Shown here piece after piece: positions 29,101-38,926 of a stretch of DNA of 58,683 nucleotides. A model generated the notes under the pieces. It did no database searches. It was not told the origin of the DNA and was given only the letters and a program-made list of their open reading frames with translations. Within the stretch, counting starts at the first letter, position 1. The number at the start of each line of letters is the position of its first letter. The position numbers were made by a program, and so were the translations under genes. Origin of the DNA: Enterococcus phage AS-M1_NWU; the sequence record OR506460.1, one strand, 5' to 3'.

Positions 29101-29585
29101 GGGTTCATCGCCTTGATGGGATACTCTTTCCCCTCGTCATCGTGGCCGGTAAGTTCTATGACCGCTTTTTCCGGATACCACACCCCACCGTCCCAACCTT
29201 TTAAGATGCGACGTATTTTAAATCGCCACGCTTTCGGGTATGGGTTCATGGCCGACACTAAACCATCGAAATAGCCGGTAGCTACTCCGCGAAACTCCGG
29301 TTGGCTCCCACCGCCCAACATGGATTTCAATTTGTCGCTAACAACCTGATCTTTGTCACCCATGTAGAGTTCGAAACCGCCCTCAATGCCTCCCTCCGCT
29401 TTCTTACCGCCGAAAAGATTTTCAGCCCGTATCCGAAAGAACGAGGACTCTTTAACGGAACCACGCCAAGCGGTTCTTCCGCCGACCTCGATTTCCATCA
29501 ATTCATCAATAGGGCCACGGCCGATCCCCATGTGTAGCCCCATATAGTAGGAGTAGCCGGCCGTCGCCTTTTTAAATTTACCCAC
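25938..29585 (-). CDS. host-specificity / central tail fibre protein (lambda gpJ-like)
   Basis: 1215 aa; N-terminus MGK...GPIDEL resembles lambda J N-terminus MGK...GPIEGP; position after minor tail genes. Confidence 0.65.
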   Translation of the reverse strand: MGKFKKATAGYSYYMGLHMGIGRGPIDELMEIEVGGRTAWRGSVKESSFFRIRAENLFGGKKAEGGIEGGFELYMGDKDQVVSDKLKSMLGGGSQPEFRGVATGYFDGLVSAMNPYPKAWRFKIRRILKGWDGGVWYPEKAVIELTGHDDEGKEYPIKAMNPAHVIYECMTNRDWGRGISRDLLFDSEFRKVADTLFEEGFGICIAWRRQDTLESFIQNILNHISGVLYVDKFTGTFKLKLLRNDYDADNLPVYGFESGLLQIEEATNGAIHGLMNECVVKWFNPIVGKESQVRAQNLALIQTSGAIKSDTFTYEGVPTAKLATILAERDLRVASTNVRRFTLVCDRRAWRVQPGDVLKISDPKTRGLESVIVRVADTEESKQSDGQIRLSCVQDTFSFDLNTFTGVQDPSFPKPNLNPVPARRLVYEATYAELSSLFPLGEFEAIKPSFGYLRAQAEKGSPVTMAFEMHVQNPTTGKYEKTGAGDFTALFELPVDLGYLDRYIRMKDPVDEDLIEVGDVFYVNQEIIMIQSIEEDGLVEIRRGVYDTVPHQHPAGSVVWDMVQGGGLDLTTRQAGETLSVKILPWTLSGGVLDESNVSEDELTFNYRFYRPYAPGKVELTSVESTEPKPWFNGHVLRADVGEAEVPDALTITWAHRDRPMQQDKPIYHEQDSIGPEPGTTYRISILNAKGEVIRRENGITGTQFVYTYGQASLDLNVEASAIDPVAGYLRLESMRDGFESWQNYLIPITVFKKPPQMAYVSFLNQSVAQVSDKIDPEDKDGETAVDAKAMVSFVNQSVAQESEDLSSGGGGLPDGVNVSYVRQPVSQQGKLVPIVDSQLFEFPYLMLLRHGFEPSASQFFATVARPSDRVTDGYDLFEKEKNDTEYVNQGAQPWTPWGILSKAISYLDNEIILDATSDSDGVPTEDAMPGDVIFVGVEAMVIRGIDGKRITVGRGCVDTIPALHGKGQVVWFVDKQIASGQRKYHDGQTCVVAVRPHSLAAEIQPKDVVNKQLEVKLRADRPYPPGFLLGNGEHFFKGWDALADNFDYYDPQGKDLVMTWAHRNRVRQGETVLDHLDVGQQRPSDVMYRVWVGKRYTPRYSNRTVTITMGTYYTRDAGMTIKAEDLHAFGRRVGILTESTGYVYVSITVSAVDENELSSWQGYNTQCKVPSIPAKRDVDPNPGRPDPGTGGGETGGGGSDWRWYEPRQSRSGSA

Positions 29586-29787
29586 GTTTTACCTCACTAT
29601 CAGCGAGTGCGATTTCTACCACACGTCGTATCATCGGGTTTGTGTTGTTAGCCAGTTGCGGGGTGATCAGCAACCCGTTCTGTAAAAAGTCTCTTTCGTC
29701 AACACCGATCCGCTCTAATACCCGGCCTACGCCGTTAGCACAATAACCGGCTTGACGAACATGTTTGATGTAAATTCTTTTTTCCAT
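29578..29787 (-). CDS. hypothetical small tail-assembly region protein
   Basis: 69 aa. Confidence 0.3.
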   Translation of the reverse strand: MEKRIYIKHVRQAGYCANGVGRVLERIGVDERDFLQNGLLITPQLANNTNPMIRRVVEIALADSEVKRG

Positions 29788-30023
29788 TATTTTTTAGCCT
29801 GACTTGCTTTGATTTTTGAAGTTCTCATATCGCCGTAACCTAGCACCTGCCAATCTCCTGTCCAGCACTCCCCGAAATATACGGTTTGCGGAGTGCCGTC
29901 TTCAATCTGAGGTATGTTAGAGTCATCAAACGTCGGCGGTTTTGCCGAAGCCGGTTTCGGTGTTAACGCAATTGAGATCAGCAAACTTGCGACCATGGCT
30001 GCTAAAGCCCATTCGATACCCAT
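29787..30023 (-). CDS. hypothetical small protein with N-terminal hydrophobic segment
   Basis: 78 aa. Confidence 0.3.
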   Translation of the reverse strand: MGIEWALAAMVASLLISIALTPKPASAKPPTFDDSNIPQIEDGTPQTVYFGECWTGDWQVLGYGDMRTSKIKASQAKK

Positions 30024-30035
30024 AATTTATACTCC

Positions 30036-30851
30036 TTAGTAAACCGGGTTTCCGTCAAACGGAGAACGCCCCGGCATTGATGGTATTCCGCCATAATTAG
30101 CGAGGTTATTAAACTTATCTCGGCAAGATGCCACGGTTCGAGGACAGCCGGGAAATACCTTTATGATCATTCCGCCGGTAATCCCGCCCACTGTCCCGAA
30201 AATTTCTATTGAGTCGTAGCTGTGTGCCTGAATTGCGCGTCTCTCCACCCCGCGGAGTTTATCTACCCATTCGATGTATCCGCCGGCGAAATAGGATTCC
30301 CCGTAAGGTGCTAAATCCTTAGACATGATATTGTTTGACCCAACACTTTGTATCGTAGCTTCTACCATAAACTCCGCCGGATTTACGCCACACGACGAAT
30401 TGTATAGCGCATGGGGGCATGACCGTGACCACGCTAAACGTAAACCGTTTTGCTCCATTGATGCGGAAAGCGTGTTACACGTTATCTTAGCTGCGGCAGC
30501 ATTAGCCGTATCTAGTTGTAGAACTTCTCCGACGTAACAGACGGCTGCTTCGGTATCGCCACGGTGGAACCTGCGGATCTTTAACGTCACCGCATTGATT
30601 GGCGGTGTGCCTCGGAACAAGTCGACAATAACAGCCGACTGAGGCATTAAGATGGTTAAGCTATCCGATTGGGCGTCGCTTGTTTGGCGTATCCCGTCAT
30701 CTTCCATGGGGGTGCCAAGCCAAGTTTGCCCTAACATCTGGATATCTTTTTTAGCGGAAGTGTATCGCCAGTAGTTGTCGTTCAGCCGAAACTCATATAA
30801 GTAAATCGGCTGACCGTCATCAGTGGATATTTCTAGTTGATTGTAAGCCAT
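30036..30851 (-). CDS. minor tail protein L-like (Cys cluster)
   Basis: 271 aa; C-terminal CxxxxxxxxC...C......C pattern as in Fe-S-binding gpL/DUF2163-type proteins; position between distal tail gene and J. Confidence 0.45.
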   Translation of the reverse strand: MAYNQLEISTDDGQPIYLYEFRLNDNYWRYTSAKKDIQMLGQTWLGTPMEDDGIRQTSDAQSDSLTILMPQSAVIVDLFRGTPPINAVTLKIRRFHRGDTEAAVCYVGEVLQLDTANAAAAKITCNTLSASMEQNGLRLAWSRSCPHALYNSSCGVNPAEFMVEATIQSVGSNNIMSKDLAPYGESYFAGGYIEWVDKLRGVERRAIQAHSYDSIEIFGTVGGITGGMIIKVFPGCPRTVASCRDKFNNLANYGGIPSMPGRSPFDGNPVY

Positions 30852-30872
30852 TATAACCCCTTTTTGTCGGGG

Positions 30873-32561
30873 CTAGACGGTTCGCTCCATCGGAATATTT
30901 ACGAATACGAGCGTAACTGTGCTTACTCCCCGACTATCAGTTAATCGTTGGAACTCAATAGAATCTATATCTAAGCGAGTTATCGGCATATAGCATACAC
31001 GACGAACGTCACTCATTGCAATGTTAGGTAGTGTCTCTGCTAAGAATAGCCACTCCTCCCCTCGCATAGTTCTACTTGAGATTATCGTATTGTAAAAAAC
31101 TCGGCCGTCAAACAACTCGATCATGATATGTTTTCGGGTGTTCTGGCTACTTTGGCCGTAAAGCGTATAGCCTGACGGGTGTACTCTAAGCGCCCCATCG
31201 TTGGTGTTGATATCTTGTATCAGTTCAAATTCATCTCGGTACGTCGGTAGATGAAAGGATTTCCACCGGCCATTCATTGTGTGGATCATCTCTACGAATT
31301 TACGCATATCCTCTCGGCCGTTAATATGGAACCCGAGTCGTTCCCATTGTTGCGCTTGACCTCCCGGATAGGCCATTGAAATACCGCCCACCTGACCATC
31401 GAAAAATACTGCATTCGACCCGTATGTAAATGCGATATCCCTAAAGTTAGGTTCCATAGTGAACACACGCAATCCGGTATTTTTGTAAACCGGAGCGTCC
31501 CACTTCTCAAATATTGTCGGGTCTTCGGTTACGCTGAATTGTAGTTGAGTCGTGCTAACTTGATCCGTGAGTTGCGACACTTCGGCCGTTAGTTCCACGC
31601 GAGATTGTCGCATAGGCGTTATTGTGCTACCGAGAATGAAATCTCTTTGTAAACCATACCGTAATACGATTTTATTGTCGGAGTATTCTTTGATGACATT
31701 CAACTCAAAAGCGAGCATGTCGTAAGGTTCTCTAATGATCACCGTATCATTAACGCGTAGCGGTATGTCTTTAAAGTCCCCCAACACTTCCACGGTAGCC
31801 ACGGTTAGTTTGTTGTCTACGACTTCTTCGTAAAACCATAAGGGGACTAAACCCTCGTTAGGGCCAACGGCCGTAAGGTATCCGTCAATTAGGTTTCTCG
31901 TTACTCCGAAACTAGCAAAACTCGCCGTCAAGTGTTGTCTCGGTTGCTCTCTTAGTCGTCTACGTTGTTCCGCGCCCGTTTCTGATTGAAGAACGTCAGT
32001 GAGCCACGATAGCCCCTCAACTACGCCATCTTTCCAGTTTGGTTTCGGTAGGAACACCGGCAATTGTAGTCGATTGTCTACCGAGAACGGAGGTCGTGGG
32101 GGCATATCTTCCATTTCGATAGGAACGATATTCCCTATATACTCATTCGCTCTAGATACTTCAAATACTTCTCCGGTACTATCATGTATCACGTAGATGA
32201 AATATGCTGGCTCATTAGTCGCGTTGGCCGTATACCAGATATCGAATTTAATTACCGCGTTGGCCGTTATCGAAAATTTTGCGGTAGTGGGCGTAGTCCA
32301 AGACCCACCGTTACTAACATTATCCGCGATGACGGTTCCCTCAAGACCAATACCGCCGAAGCCGTTAGCGATCATCGATATCGTATATTCCCCCGCCGGA
32401 AAACGAGTCCATTTAGACCCGTAATATTTTTGGCCAACGTCGGGCTTGTCATAGATTTCTTGGGCGAATATTTGATAAGCCCCCGAAAGGCGGGCGCTCT
32501 GCTCTGGCGCCAACCCCTCGGAACTTGTCTCTCTAAACGGCCGTAATCCTAATAGTGCCAT
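30873..32561 (-). CDS. minor/distal tail protein
   Basis: 562 aa immediately after tape measure. Confidence 0.45.
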   Translation of the reverse strand: MALLGLRPFRETSSEGLAPEQSARLSGAYQIFAQEIYDKPDVGQKYYGSKWTRFPAGEYTISMIANGFGGIGLEGTVIADNVSNGGSWTTPTTAKFSITANAVIKFDIWYTANATNEPAYFIYVIHDSTGEVFEVSRANEYIGNIVPIEMEDMPPRPPFSVDNRLQLPVFLPKPNWKDGVVEGLSWLTDVLQSETGAEQRRRLREQPRQHLTASFASFGVTRNLIDGYLTAVGPNEGLVPLWFYEEVVDNKLTVATVEVLGDFKDIPLRVNDTVIIREPYDMLAFELNVIKEYSDNKIVLRYGLQRDFILGSTITPMRQSRVELTAEVSQLTDQVSTTQLQFSVTEDPTIFEKWDAPVYKNTGLRVFTMEPNFRDIAFTYGSNAVFFDGQVGGISMAYPGGQAQQWERLGFHINGREDMRKFVEMIHTMNGRWKSFHLPTYRDEFELIQDINTNDGALRVHPSGYTLYGQSSQNTRKHIMIELFDGRVFYNTIISSRTMRGEEWLFLAETLPNIAMSDVRRVCYMPITRLDIDSIEFQRLTDSRGVSTVTLVFVNIPMERTV

Positions 32562-32566
32562 TTATG

Positions 32567-35500
32567 CTATGTCCTCTTAGAGCTTCCGCGATTTAATATG
32601 CTACGGATCGCGGGTGATTTTCTATTTAAGTTAACAATCATAACCTGCTCGCCCTCGGCCGTTGCCATGGCTTCCGGTATCTTGCTACGGTCATCAACTG
32701 CTACTAGTTTGATGTTTGTCGGGCCGGCTTGCCCTCCCGGTCTTGCTGCCTGTCCTCCATTTGCGATGTTTCTAGGGTCGTTCTTAGATAAAACTTCTTC
32801 CCCTCGCTCTAATATCGTCGGTATTTCGTTGGGTTTAATTCCGGGCATTCCGCCATTATGGAATCGTGGGATAGCGGTTACTGGTGTAGACGAGCCACCT
32901 CTCGACCGGTTGGCACTTCCTACCATTCCTCCGGAGTGCATAACGGCGGAACCACCCGCAACCCCACCCATCGATACGGCTGCTTTACCAACCCCACCCC
33001 CTACGCCGGCCAAAGCGTTAAGGATCATTTGTTGCATTATCGCCATGGCTATTTGTTTCAGGAAGTCCGCGAAGAACTGTGCGACGGCGATGCCTAAATT
33101 CGCAAACGCGTCTCCGATGCTCTCCGCGCCCGTTGCCACTTTTACGATACCGTCGTATGCCGAGTTGATCGCAGTATCGAACCCACCTAACACTCCGTCG
33201 ACGATTTGCGTATTTAGTTTAAACACTTCGTCTGACGTCGATTTCAACTCTGAGCGGATCTTGCCGATGCCGGTTGTAATTCTAACTAGCTCCTCCTCGC
33301 TAAATAGTGACGACGAAGCATTAAGTTGGTTTTCTAACGCACTGATAGCGTTATCGATACCGGCAGCCGAACCCTCTTTGACAGCTATTACCGCAGATAC
33401 TTGTTGTTCTGTATCTATAAGACCGGCTTTTCGTTTTGCGTTGATTTCGTCGATCTTGTTCTTGCGTATTTCCAGTAGCGAGTTTAGCTTCTCTTGAAGA
33501 CGTTTAACCTCCTCGACTTGCATCTTCTCGGAGAGATAGACATTTGTTTTCTCTCGTAGCTTCTCCAAGTTGTCGGCCAGTTGTTTGCCCTCTTGTCCGC
33601 CTATGGCTAGGGCCTCTTTTTTCAACGCATTAATCTTGACGTTTGACTTCTCAATTTCCGCATTAATTCGGTCATCGAGAGACGACTCCGGATCAGCCTT
33701 AGTTTGACGTCTGGTAACTTCTGCGTTCATTCTTTCAAGCGCTTGTGTGATAGCATCGATCTTGCGCTTACGCTTATCTAGGCCACCGCTAGAACTTTGT
33801 TGAGCATTGAATAGCATCGTCTCTGACCGTTTCGCGTGAGCTACTAGGTCGTCGATTTGCTTTTTCATCTCGTCGCCCTCTTTGCCACCGATGGCTTTCG
33901 CTTTTTCATACATCTTAGCGTATTCTTCATCGATGATTTGTAGGCGTCCTGCGAGGCTCTTACGTTGTGCTGCTTTTCTGGCTGCTAGGTCGGCTTTTTC
34001 CTCCGCGTTCTGGCGTTTCTCGATCTCCTTTTTCAACGCACGCATGTCGAGGTCTCTTTGACCTATTCCCGTTCCGGGGTCTTTCTGGAACTCGAATCCG
34101 CTTTGTTTCTTGGCTAACTGTTCTGCAGCCTTGCTCACCAGTTCCATTGAACCGATTACGGCTCCGGCGGTCTTTCCGGCATTGTCTGCCACCGTTTCCA
34201 TAGCTTTTTCGTGGACATAAGATACGTCGCCGGTCATCTTGTCCCAATTGTCTACGATATCTTTGCTGAGCTTATTCGAAGACTCGAATATCTCACGGTC
34301 AGCTTTCGTCAGGTCGTCAGTAATACCCATGACCCATGCGCTTAGTGAGTCCCCCACTACTGGTAACATTCCTAACAGGTCTGCCAACCACTTGCCAACT
34401 TGTTTGATGGAATCACCGAACAACGTAGTTATCGGCCTAACGAAAGACACTAATAAATCATATATCGCAGTACCCGGGACTTTCGCATAGTCGATTAGCA
34501 TCTTGCCTAGGTACTTAGCCCGCTCGATCGTCTCGTCGCAAAACTTCCGGAACGCTTCGTTATTTTCGTAGAGTATGGAAACCATATCCCACGCTAACAG
34601 GGCCACCCCGACAAACGGTATTGCTCTTAGTAGGAGTTTCAGCGCACCGGTGAGTAGTCCTGTGCTAGCAATTAGAGATCCGATACCTCCTACCAAGCGT
34701 TTTCCTAGAGGCAATACCGTTGAAATGACGCCCTTAACTTCCTTGAATACGGATATCAAATTCCGGCCGGTGGATACTAAGATCTTTATCGCCTTTATCG
34801 ATGCTAAGACCATTAGGGCGTCTATTAGTAGGTCTACATTATCCACGGCCCATATCACCCCGTCGGCAATCGCGGAGAACGCTGTTCCGAGTTTTTCGGC
34901 TGCTTCTTTACCTCGGTCTGATGTGATGAACTCCGTTAATTTCTCCAACATCGAGGTATACGCTTCGATAAACCCGGATTTTGATATCGCCAGTTTGAGG
35001 TTGAACATCGCATTTGATGCTCTGGCCTCGATCGCATCTACGCCTTTTTGCGCTTCGGCGAGTTGCGCTTCGATTGCTTTGCCTTGTTCGTTCGCGAAGT
35101 TAATCACGGATCTGGCGTCGACCTCGCCATTCTCCATCATCTTTGTAAATTCGGGTATGGTCTTACCTAAACTTTTCGCGAACATCGCTACGGCGCCGGG
35201 GAGACGTTCACCTAATTGTTGTCTCAACTCCTCCGCGTACACTTGTCCTTTCGAGAGCATCTGTTCGAGGGCCAAGAACACGCCATTCATATCATCGTCG
35301 GATAGGTGATATACGCGAGCCGTCTTCGCGATATTCTCAAAGATGAATTTAGCTTCTTTCTGCGATAGGCCTACTTCCTTAGCCGATACCGCAAACTTGG
35401 TATATGCCTTACTTAGTGTTTCAATTTTAATACCGAGCGCATCGGAGAGGCCTAACATATACTCCCATTCTTTCGCTCGTTCTTCCGGGCCAGACCCAAC

Positions 35501-36904
35501 CACAGTTCCGATTTTAACCATGGCTTGTTGTTGAACCTTAAAGGCCTCTACCGCACCTTTCGCCATGTCTACGGCGCCTTGAACCCCGATGTAGGCTGAC
35601 GCAAGGCTAAGAACGTCTCCACGCATTCTCTGCATGAATGACAACGTGGTACGTCCTTCGTCTCTGAAGAATGAAAAGGCTTTGCCGGAAGATCGGGCAC
35701 TACCGGACAACCGCTCTAACGATGCTCGGAGGTTATTAATACCGCCCACCGAGTTTTGTACTAATCCCCGGAGTCGTTGTTGTTCCGCTCCTAGGTTTCT
35801 AGTATCAATACCGGCTGACCGTAACGCGGATTGAGTCTGTCTAGCGGAAGCCGTTTCATTCCGTAACGCTTGGCTTGCTTCGCGTAGTCGAGCATTAGAC
35901 GCTTGAAGTTTTGCGCCCATCTCGGCATTCGCTGTGCCGGCTTGTCTTACCTGATTTGCTAAGTTCTTAGCGTCGGCCTGTGCTGATCGGTATTCCGCTC
36001 TCGCTTTTCTCACCGCTTCGGTTTGGCGTTGGAAAGTCTCGATCATGCGGGACATTCCTATCGCCGATTTCGCGGAGGCTTCTAGGGCCTTTAGGTCTGA
36101 ATTCATACCGCTAGCGTCTTTGCGCCAACGTTTTGATGCCGTAGCTAAATCGTTTATCTGTTTTTCTAGTGTACCTATCTTACGCCTAGCTGCTTCTGCC
36201 GGAGCCATCAAGTCGGCCATTTGTCCGGACATTGACGGTAAAGACGAGATCACTCGGCCAAGTGTTTGATAGCCTTTCGTGCTCGCTACCTGTTGGTTTG
36301 CTTGTAACTTCAAACTAGCTAGTAGTTGGGCGTGGGCTTTCTGTGCGCGAGTCGGCACGTCACCGATGATCTTCTCTTGGCGGGCTAGCGCTTGGTTTGT
36401 CCGGGTTACTTCATCACGTATTCTTTTCTGCGCGGTCGCAATATCATTCGACGAAATCCCGAAACGAGATAGTTCCTTGGCGGTCTTTTGTACGCTCTTG
36501 GTCGACCGGTCTTGTTGGTCGGTCAAACGCTTTACCGCTCGTTCTGCTTTGTCTAAGTCGGACTGCATTTTCTTAGTGACATTAGACGCACCGTTCATAG
36601 CGGAGGAAAGGTCACTATGTTTTTTCTTGGCTTCGGCCAATTGAGTGTTTACCTTATTAAGCGCCTCTTTCTGGCGGGTAAACATCTCTGTTAAAGAATT
36701 AAGCCGGAGCAATTGTTGTCCGGCATTCTCTAATTTCTTATATTGTTGTTCTAGTTCTCTGACCGAAGCGTCACCTCGTTTCGCTGCGTCCGCGTTACGG
36801 GTCTGCGCCGATGTTAAGTCATCTAACGTCTTTGATACTTGCTTTAGCGTTTTCTGACTATCATCTCTGGCTCTGATCCGTAGTTCTACGTCTCTATTTG
36901 CCAC
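32567..36904 (-). CDS. tail tape measure protein (GTG start)
   Basis: 1445 aa, long coiled-coil N-terminal half, Gly-rich hydrophobic segments, position after G/GT. Confidence 0.8.
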   Translation of the reverse strand: MANRDVELRIRARDDSQKTLKQVSKTLDDLTSAQTRNADAAKRGDASVRELEQQYKKLENAGQQLLRLNSLTEMFTRQKEALNKVNTQLAEAKKKHSDLSSAMNGASNVTKKMQSDLDKAERAVKRLTDQQDRSTKSVQKTAKELSRFGISSNDIATAQKRIRDEVTRTNQALARQEKIIGDVPTRAQKAHAQLLASLKLQANQQVASTKGYQTLGRVISSLPSMSGQMADLMAPAEAARRKIGTLEKQINDLATASKRWRKDASGMNSDLKALEASAKSAIGMSRMIETFQRQTEAVRKARAEYRSAQADAKNLANQVRQAGTANAEMGAKLQASNARLREASQALRNETASARQTQSALRSAGIDTRNLGAEQQRLRGLVQNSVGGINNLRASLERLSGSARSSGKAFSFFRDEGRTTLSFMQRMRGDVLSLASAYIGVQGAVDMAKGAVEAFKVQQQAMVKIGTVVGSGPEERAKEWEYMLGLSDALGIKIETLSKAYTKFAVSAKEVGLSQKEAKFIFENIAKTARVYHLSDDDMNGVFLALEQMLSKGQVYAEELRQQLGERLPGAVAMFAKSLGKTIPEFTKMMENGEVDARSVINFANEQGKAIEAQLAEAQKGVDAIEARASNAMFNLKLAISKSGFIEAYTSMLEKLTEFITSDRGKEAAEKLGTAFSAIADGVIWAVDNVDLLIDALMVLASIKAIKILVSTGRNLISVFKEVKGVISTVLPLGKRLVGGIGSLIASTGLLTGALKLLLRAIPFVGVALLAWDMVSILYENNEAFRKFCDETIERAKYLGKMLIDYAKVPGTAIYDLLVSFVRPITTLFGDSIKQVGKWLADLLGMLPVVGDSLSAWVMGITDDLTKADREIFESSNKLSKDIVDNWDKMTGDVSYVHEKAMETVADNAGKTAGAVIGSMELVSKAAEQLAKKQSGFEFQKDPGTGIGQRDLDMRALKKEIEKRQNAEEKADLAARKAAQRKSLAGRLQIIDEEYAKMYEKAKAIGGKEGDEMKKQIDDLVAHAKRSETMLFNAQQSSSGGLDKRKRKIDAITQALERMNAEVTRRQTKADPESSLDDRINAEIEKSNVKINALKKEALAIGGQEGKQLADNLEKLREKTNVYLSEKMQVEEVKRLQEKLNSLLEIRKNKIDEINAKRKAGLIDTEQQVSAVIAVKEGSAAGIDNAISALENQLNASSSLFSEEELVRITTGIGKIRSELKSTSDEVFKLNTQIVDGVLGGFDTAINSAYDGIVKVATGAESIGDAFANLGIAVAQFFADFLKQIAMAIMQQMILNALAGVGGGVGKAAVSMGGVAGGSAVMHSGGMVGSANRSRGGSSTPVTAIPRFHNGGMPGIKPNEIPTILERGEEVLSKNDPRNIANGGQAARPGGQAGPTNIKLVAVDDRSKIPEAMATAEGEQVMIVNLNRKSPAIRSILNRGSSKRT

Positions 36905-37167
36905 CTTGTAGCCCCTTTATCGTCTTGTTGAAAATCTTAGCGCCCTCTTTCCCCCATACGGCGGAGGCGATACATTGTTGCATTAATATTGCTTCCGTTG
37001 CTATTTGATTATTAACTCGCTTGATAACAATGTCTACTTCGGCCTGTACCATGCCGATCGGGTAGTGTCGTGCGAACGTATGACCGTGGGACAGGAGGAG
37101 GCTAACCCCCTCCCTGATTTTCTCCGCATAGGAGATGAAAAAGTTTAACCCTTTTTCTTGGCTTTCT
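36894..37167 (-). CDS. predicted -1 frameshift extension of tail assembly chaperone (GT-like product)
   Basis: -1 frame stays open ~83 codons from slippery G-AAA-AAG (37161..37167) to TAG at 36894..36896, overlapping the TMP start. Confidence 0.45.
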
Positions 37168-37657
37168 TGGCCGGAACTGTTTTCCCGTTCGCTTCTCCCA
37201 CTTTCTCCATTACGTTCGCCATGATCTTTTTTAGCGTAGCAATGTCCGAGAAAGTTAACTCAAATACGGCCATCATTAAATCGTATTGCGCCGTTATCGG
37301 TAGGAGGGAGGCTTTATCGGCCATGGTAGGTTCGTCCGCAGAAACCGCGATAATGCTACTAATTAGCCCCGGTGCGGAGGATATCAGGGTGAGCAAGTAG
37401 TTAGCGAATACTAAACTATCTAATTCTTTCCCGGCCCCAACTCCTTGTGAATATAAGTCGAATACGCCGTCTAAATCTTGGGCGTGTAACTGGATTAATC
37501 GAGAGATATCGTTTAGTGATAAGCCTCGAACTTCGATGGAAATAGAATCATTGATAGTTACGCTTTTTTTCGTTGGTTCGAATGCGGATAATGACATTGT
37601 GATTACCTCAATAGTTGTTGACCTGAGTAGTTTATCCGCTGACAGGAAATATTTCAA
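37145..37657 (-). CDS. tail assembly chaperone (lambda G-like)
   Basis: 170 aa, acidic, directly upstream of frameshift extension and TMP. Confidence 0.55.
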   Translation of the reverse strand: MKYFLSADKLLRSTTIEVITMSLSAFEPTKKSVTINDSISIEVRGLSLNDISRLIQLHAQDLDGVFDLYSQGVGAGKELDSLVFANYLLTLISSAPGLISSIIAVSADEPTMADKASLLPITAQYDLMMAVFELTFSDIATLKKIMANVMEKVGEANGKTVPAKKAKKKG

Positions 37658-37735
37658 ACGTTAAAACAAAAAAGACGCCCGGAGGCGCCTTATATTATCC
37701 TAATTACAAATACGCGTATCCGAGGGTACGTGGCG

Positions 37736-38923
37736 TTACTTTGGGTTAACGGTAACTTCCTCCGTCGCACTTCCTCCGTCGCTATCGGTTACTGTTATCG
37801 TAACTTTTGTCGCGGAACCGGACACGGGGCCTACCGTAAGATTCACAGTGGCCTCTCCCGTAACCCCGTCTGTCTCTACACCGTCAGGGTAACTATCGGC
37901 CCGTTCCACCTCGTCGGAGCTAAAGGCAAAGACCACTTTTGTTTTTCTCGGAGCGCCGTCTTTCGTAGCTTTTACCTTAGCTACTAAAGTATCACCCTCA
38001 GTACCGGAGGTCGGAGTAACGCTAAGAGTTAGACGGTATTCCGGCTCCGGATCAGGCTTTGGGGGCGTAGATGCTCTTGCCATCGCTGACTCGATGTAAA
38101 CCTGCTCCACTTTGCGGTTTTTGCGAAGAACGCTAAAGGTAAACCCAATTTGTTGCCAGTCGTCACCTTTAAGTGCATAGTCTCCGTCAGGTTGTAACAT
38201 GACTTTGGGCCAGTAGAAATCTTTCGCGCTACCTACCGGGTTAGCTGACAAGAATCGCAGTGAGCCGTAGATCATGCGGTTACGTGCAATGATGATTTCG
38301 CGAGCCTGCGCCTCGATATCATACTGGACTACTAACTGCTGACCGTTTTTAATTTCAGTAGCGGTAGGTTCGATATAGATACGTCCTAACTCTAGGTCGT
38401 AGTCGATCTGGCCGGCAAAATTTACTTTAGTTACACCGTCGATAGTTGACACATCGCCATCGCCTAGGTTGATGGTTGTATCACCGTCCGCCACGTAAAC
38501 TAACAGATTCTCGATGTTACGAACGCCCATCGGTAGGATATCCGTTGTGCCGAGTTGGTAGTGACGACCTAATGCCACGTTTTCGAATACTTCTTTGTTG
38601 CCTGTCACCTGAGTCTGAGTAACATGCGTTTTGTCCCCTAGGAAGAACAACGCTAGGTTGTCCGCGGAGATATGGTCGGTTGTGAATGAACCAGAACGGG
38701 AATGCTCTAGCATCACGGTTAGGTCTTTTTCACGCATACCATAATCAGACGAATAATGGTCTAACGTTTCTGTGTCAGAAGATAGTGATAACTCCGGGGT
38801 ATTACCGAAATACATTTCGCCATGCTCGGAGTTGTTACAACCGTCGACGAACTTGTCGAAGAATAGTCGACCACGCCCTACGACGTAATTCTGGTCGTTG
38901 CTGCTTGTACATGGTTGTGCCAT
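37736..38923 (-). CDS. major tail tube protein with C-terminal Ig-like domain (gpV-like)
   Basis: 395 aa; C-terminal ~90 aa Thr/Val-rich beta-sandwich-like (Big_2-like) segment. Confidence 0.55.
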   Translation of the reverse strand: MAQPCTSSNDQNYVVGRGRLFFDKFVDGCNNSEHGEMYFGNTPELSLSSDTETLDHYSSDYGMREKDLTVMLEHSRSGSFTTDHISADNLALFFLGDKTHVTQTQVTGNKEVFENVALGRHYQLGTTDILPMGVRNIENLLVYVADGDTTINLGDGDVSTIDGVTKVNFAGQIDYDLELGRIYIEPTATEIKNGQQLVVQYDIEAQAREIIIARNRMIYGSLRFLSANPVGSAKDFYWPKVMLQPDGDYALKGDDWQQIGFTFSVLRKNRKVEQVYIESAMARASTPPKPDPEPEYRLTLSVTPTSGTEGDTLVAKVKATKDGAPRKTKVVFAFSSDEVERADSYPDGVETDGVTGEATVNLTVGPVSGSATKVTITVTDSDGGSATEEVTVNPK

Positions 38924-38926
38924 GGT

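Noticed and set aside
26257-29537. Plus-strand ORFs within the J-like gene
   Set aside because: They are antisense to a 1215-aa well-supported gene, have no RBS, and are small.
32598-36857. Many plus-strand ORFs (for example 32598..33497 and 34575..35309) inside the tape-measure gene
   Set aside because: They are antisense shadows of a long repetitive Ala/Lys/Glu-rich gene. They have Ser/Ala/Pro-rich low complexity and no independent signals.
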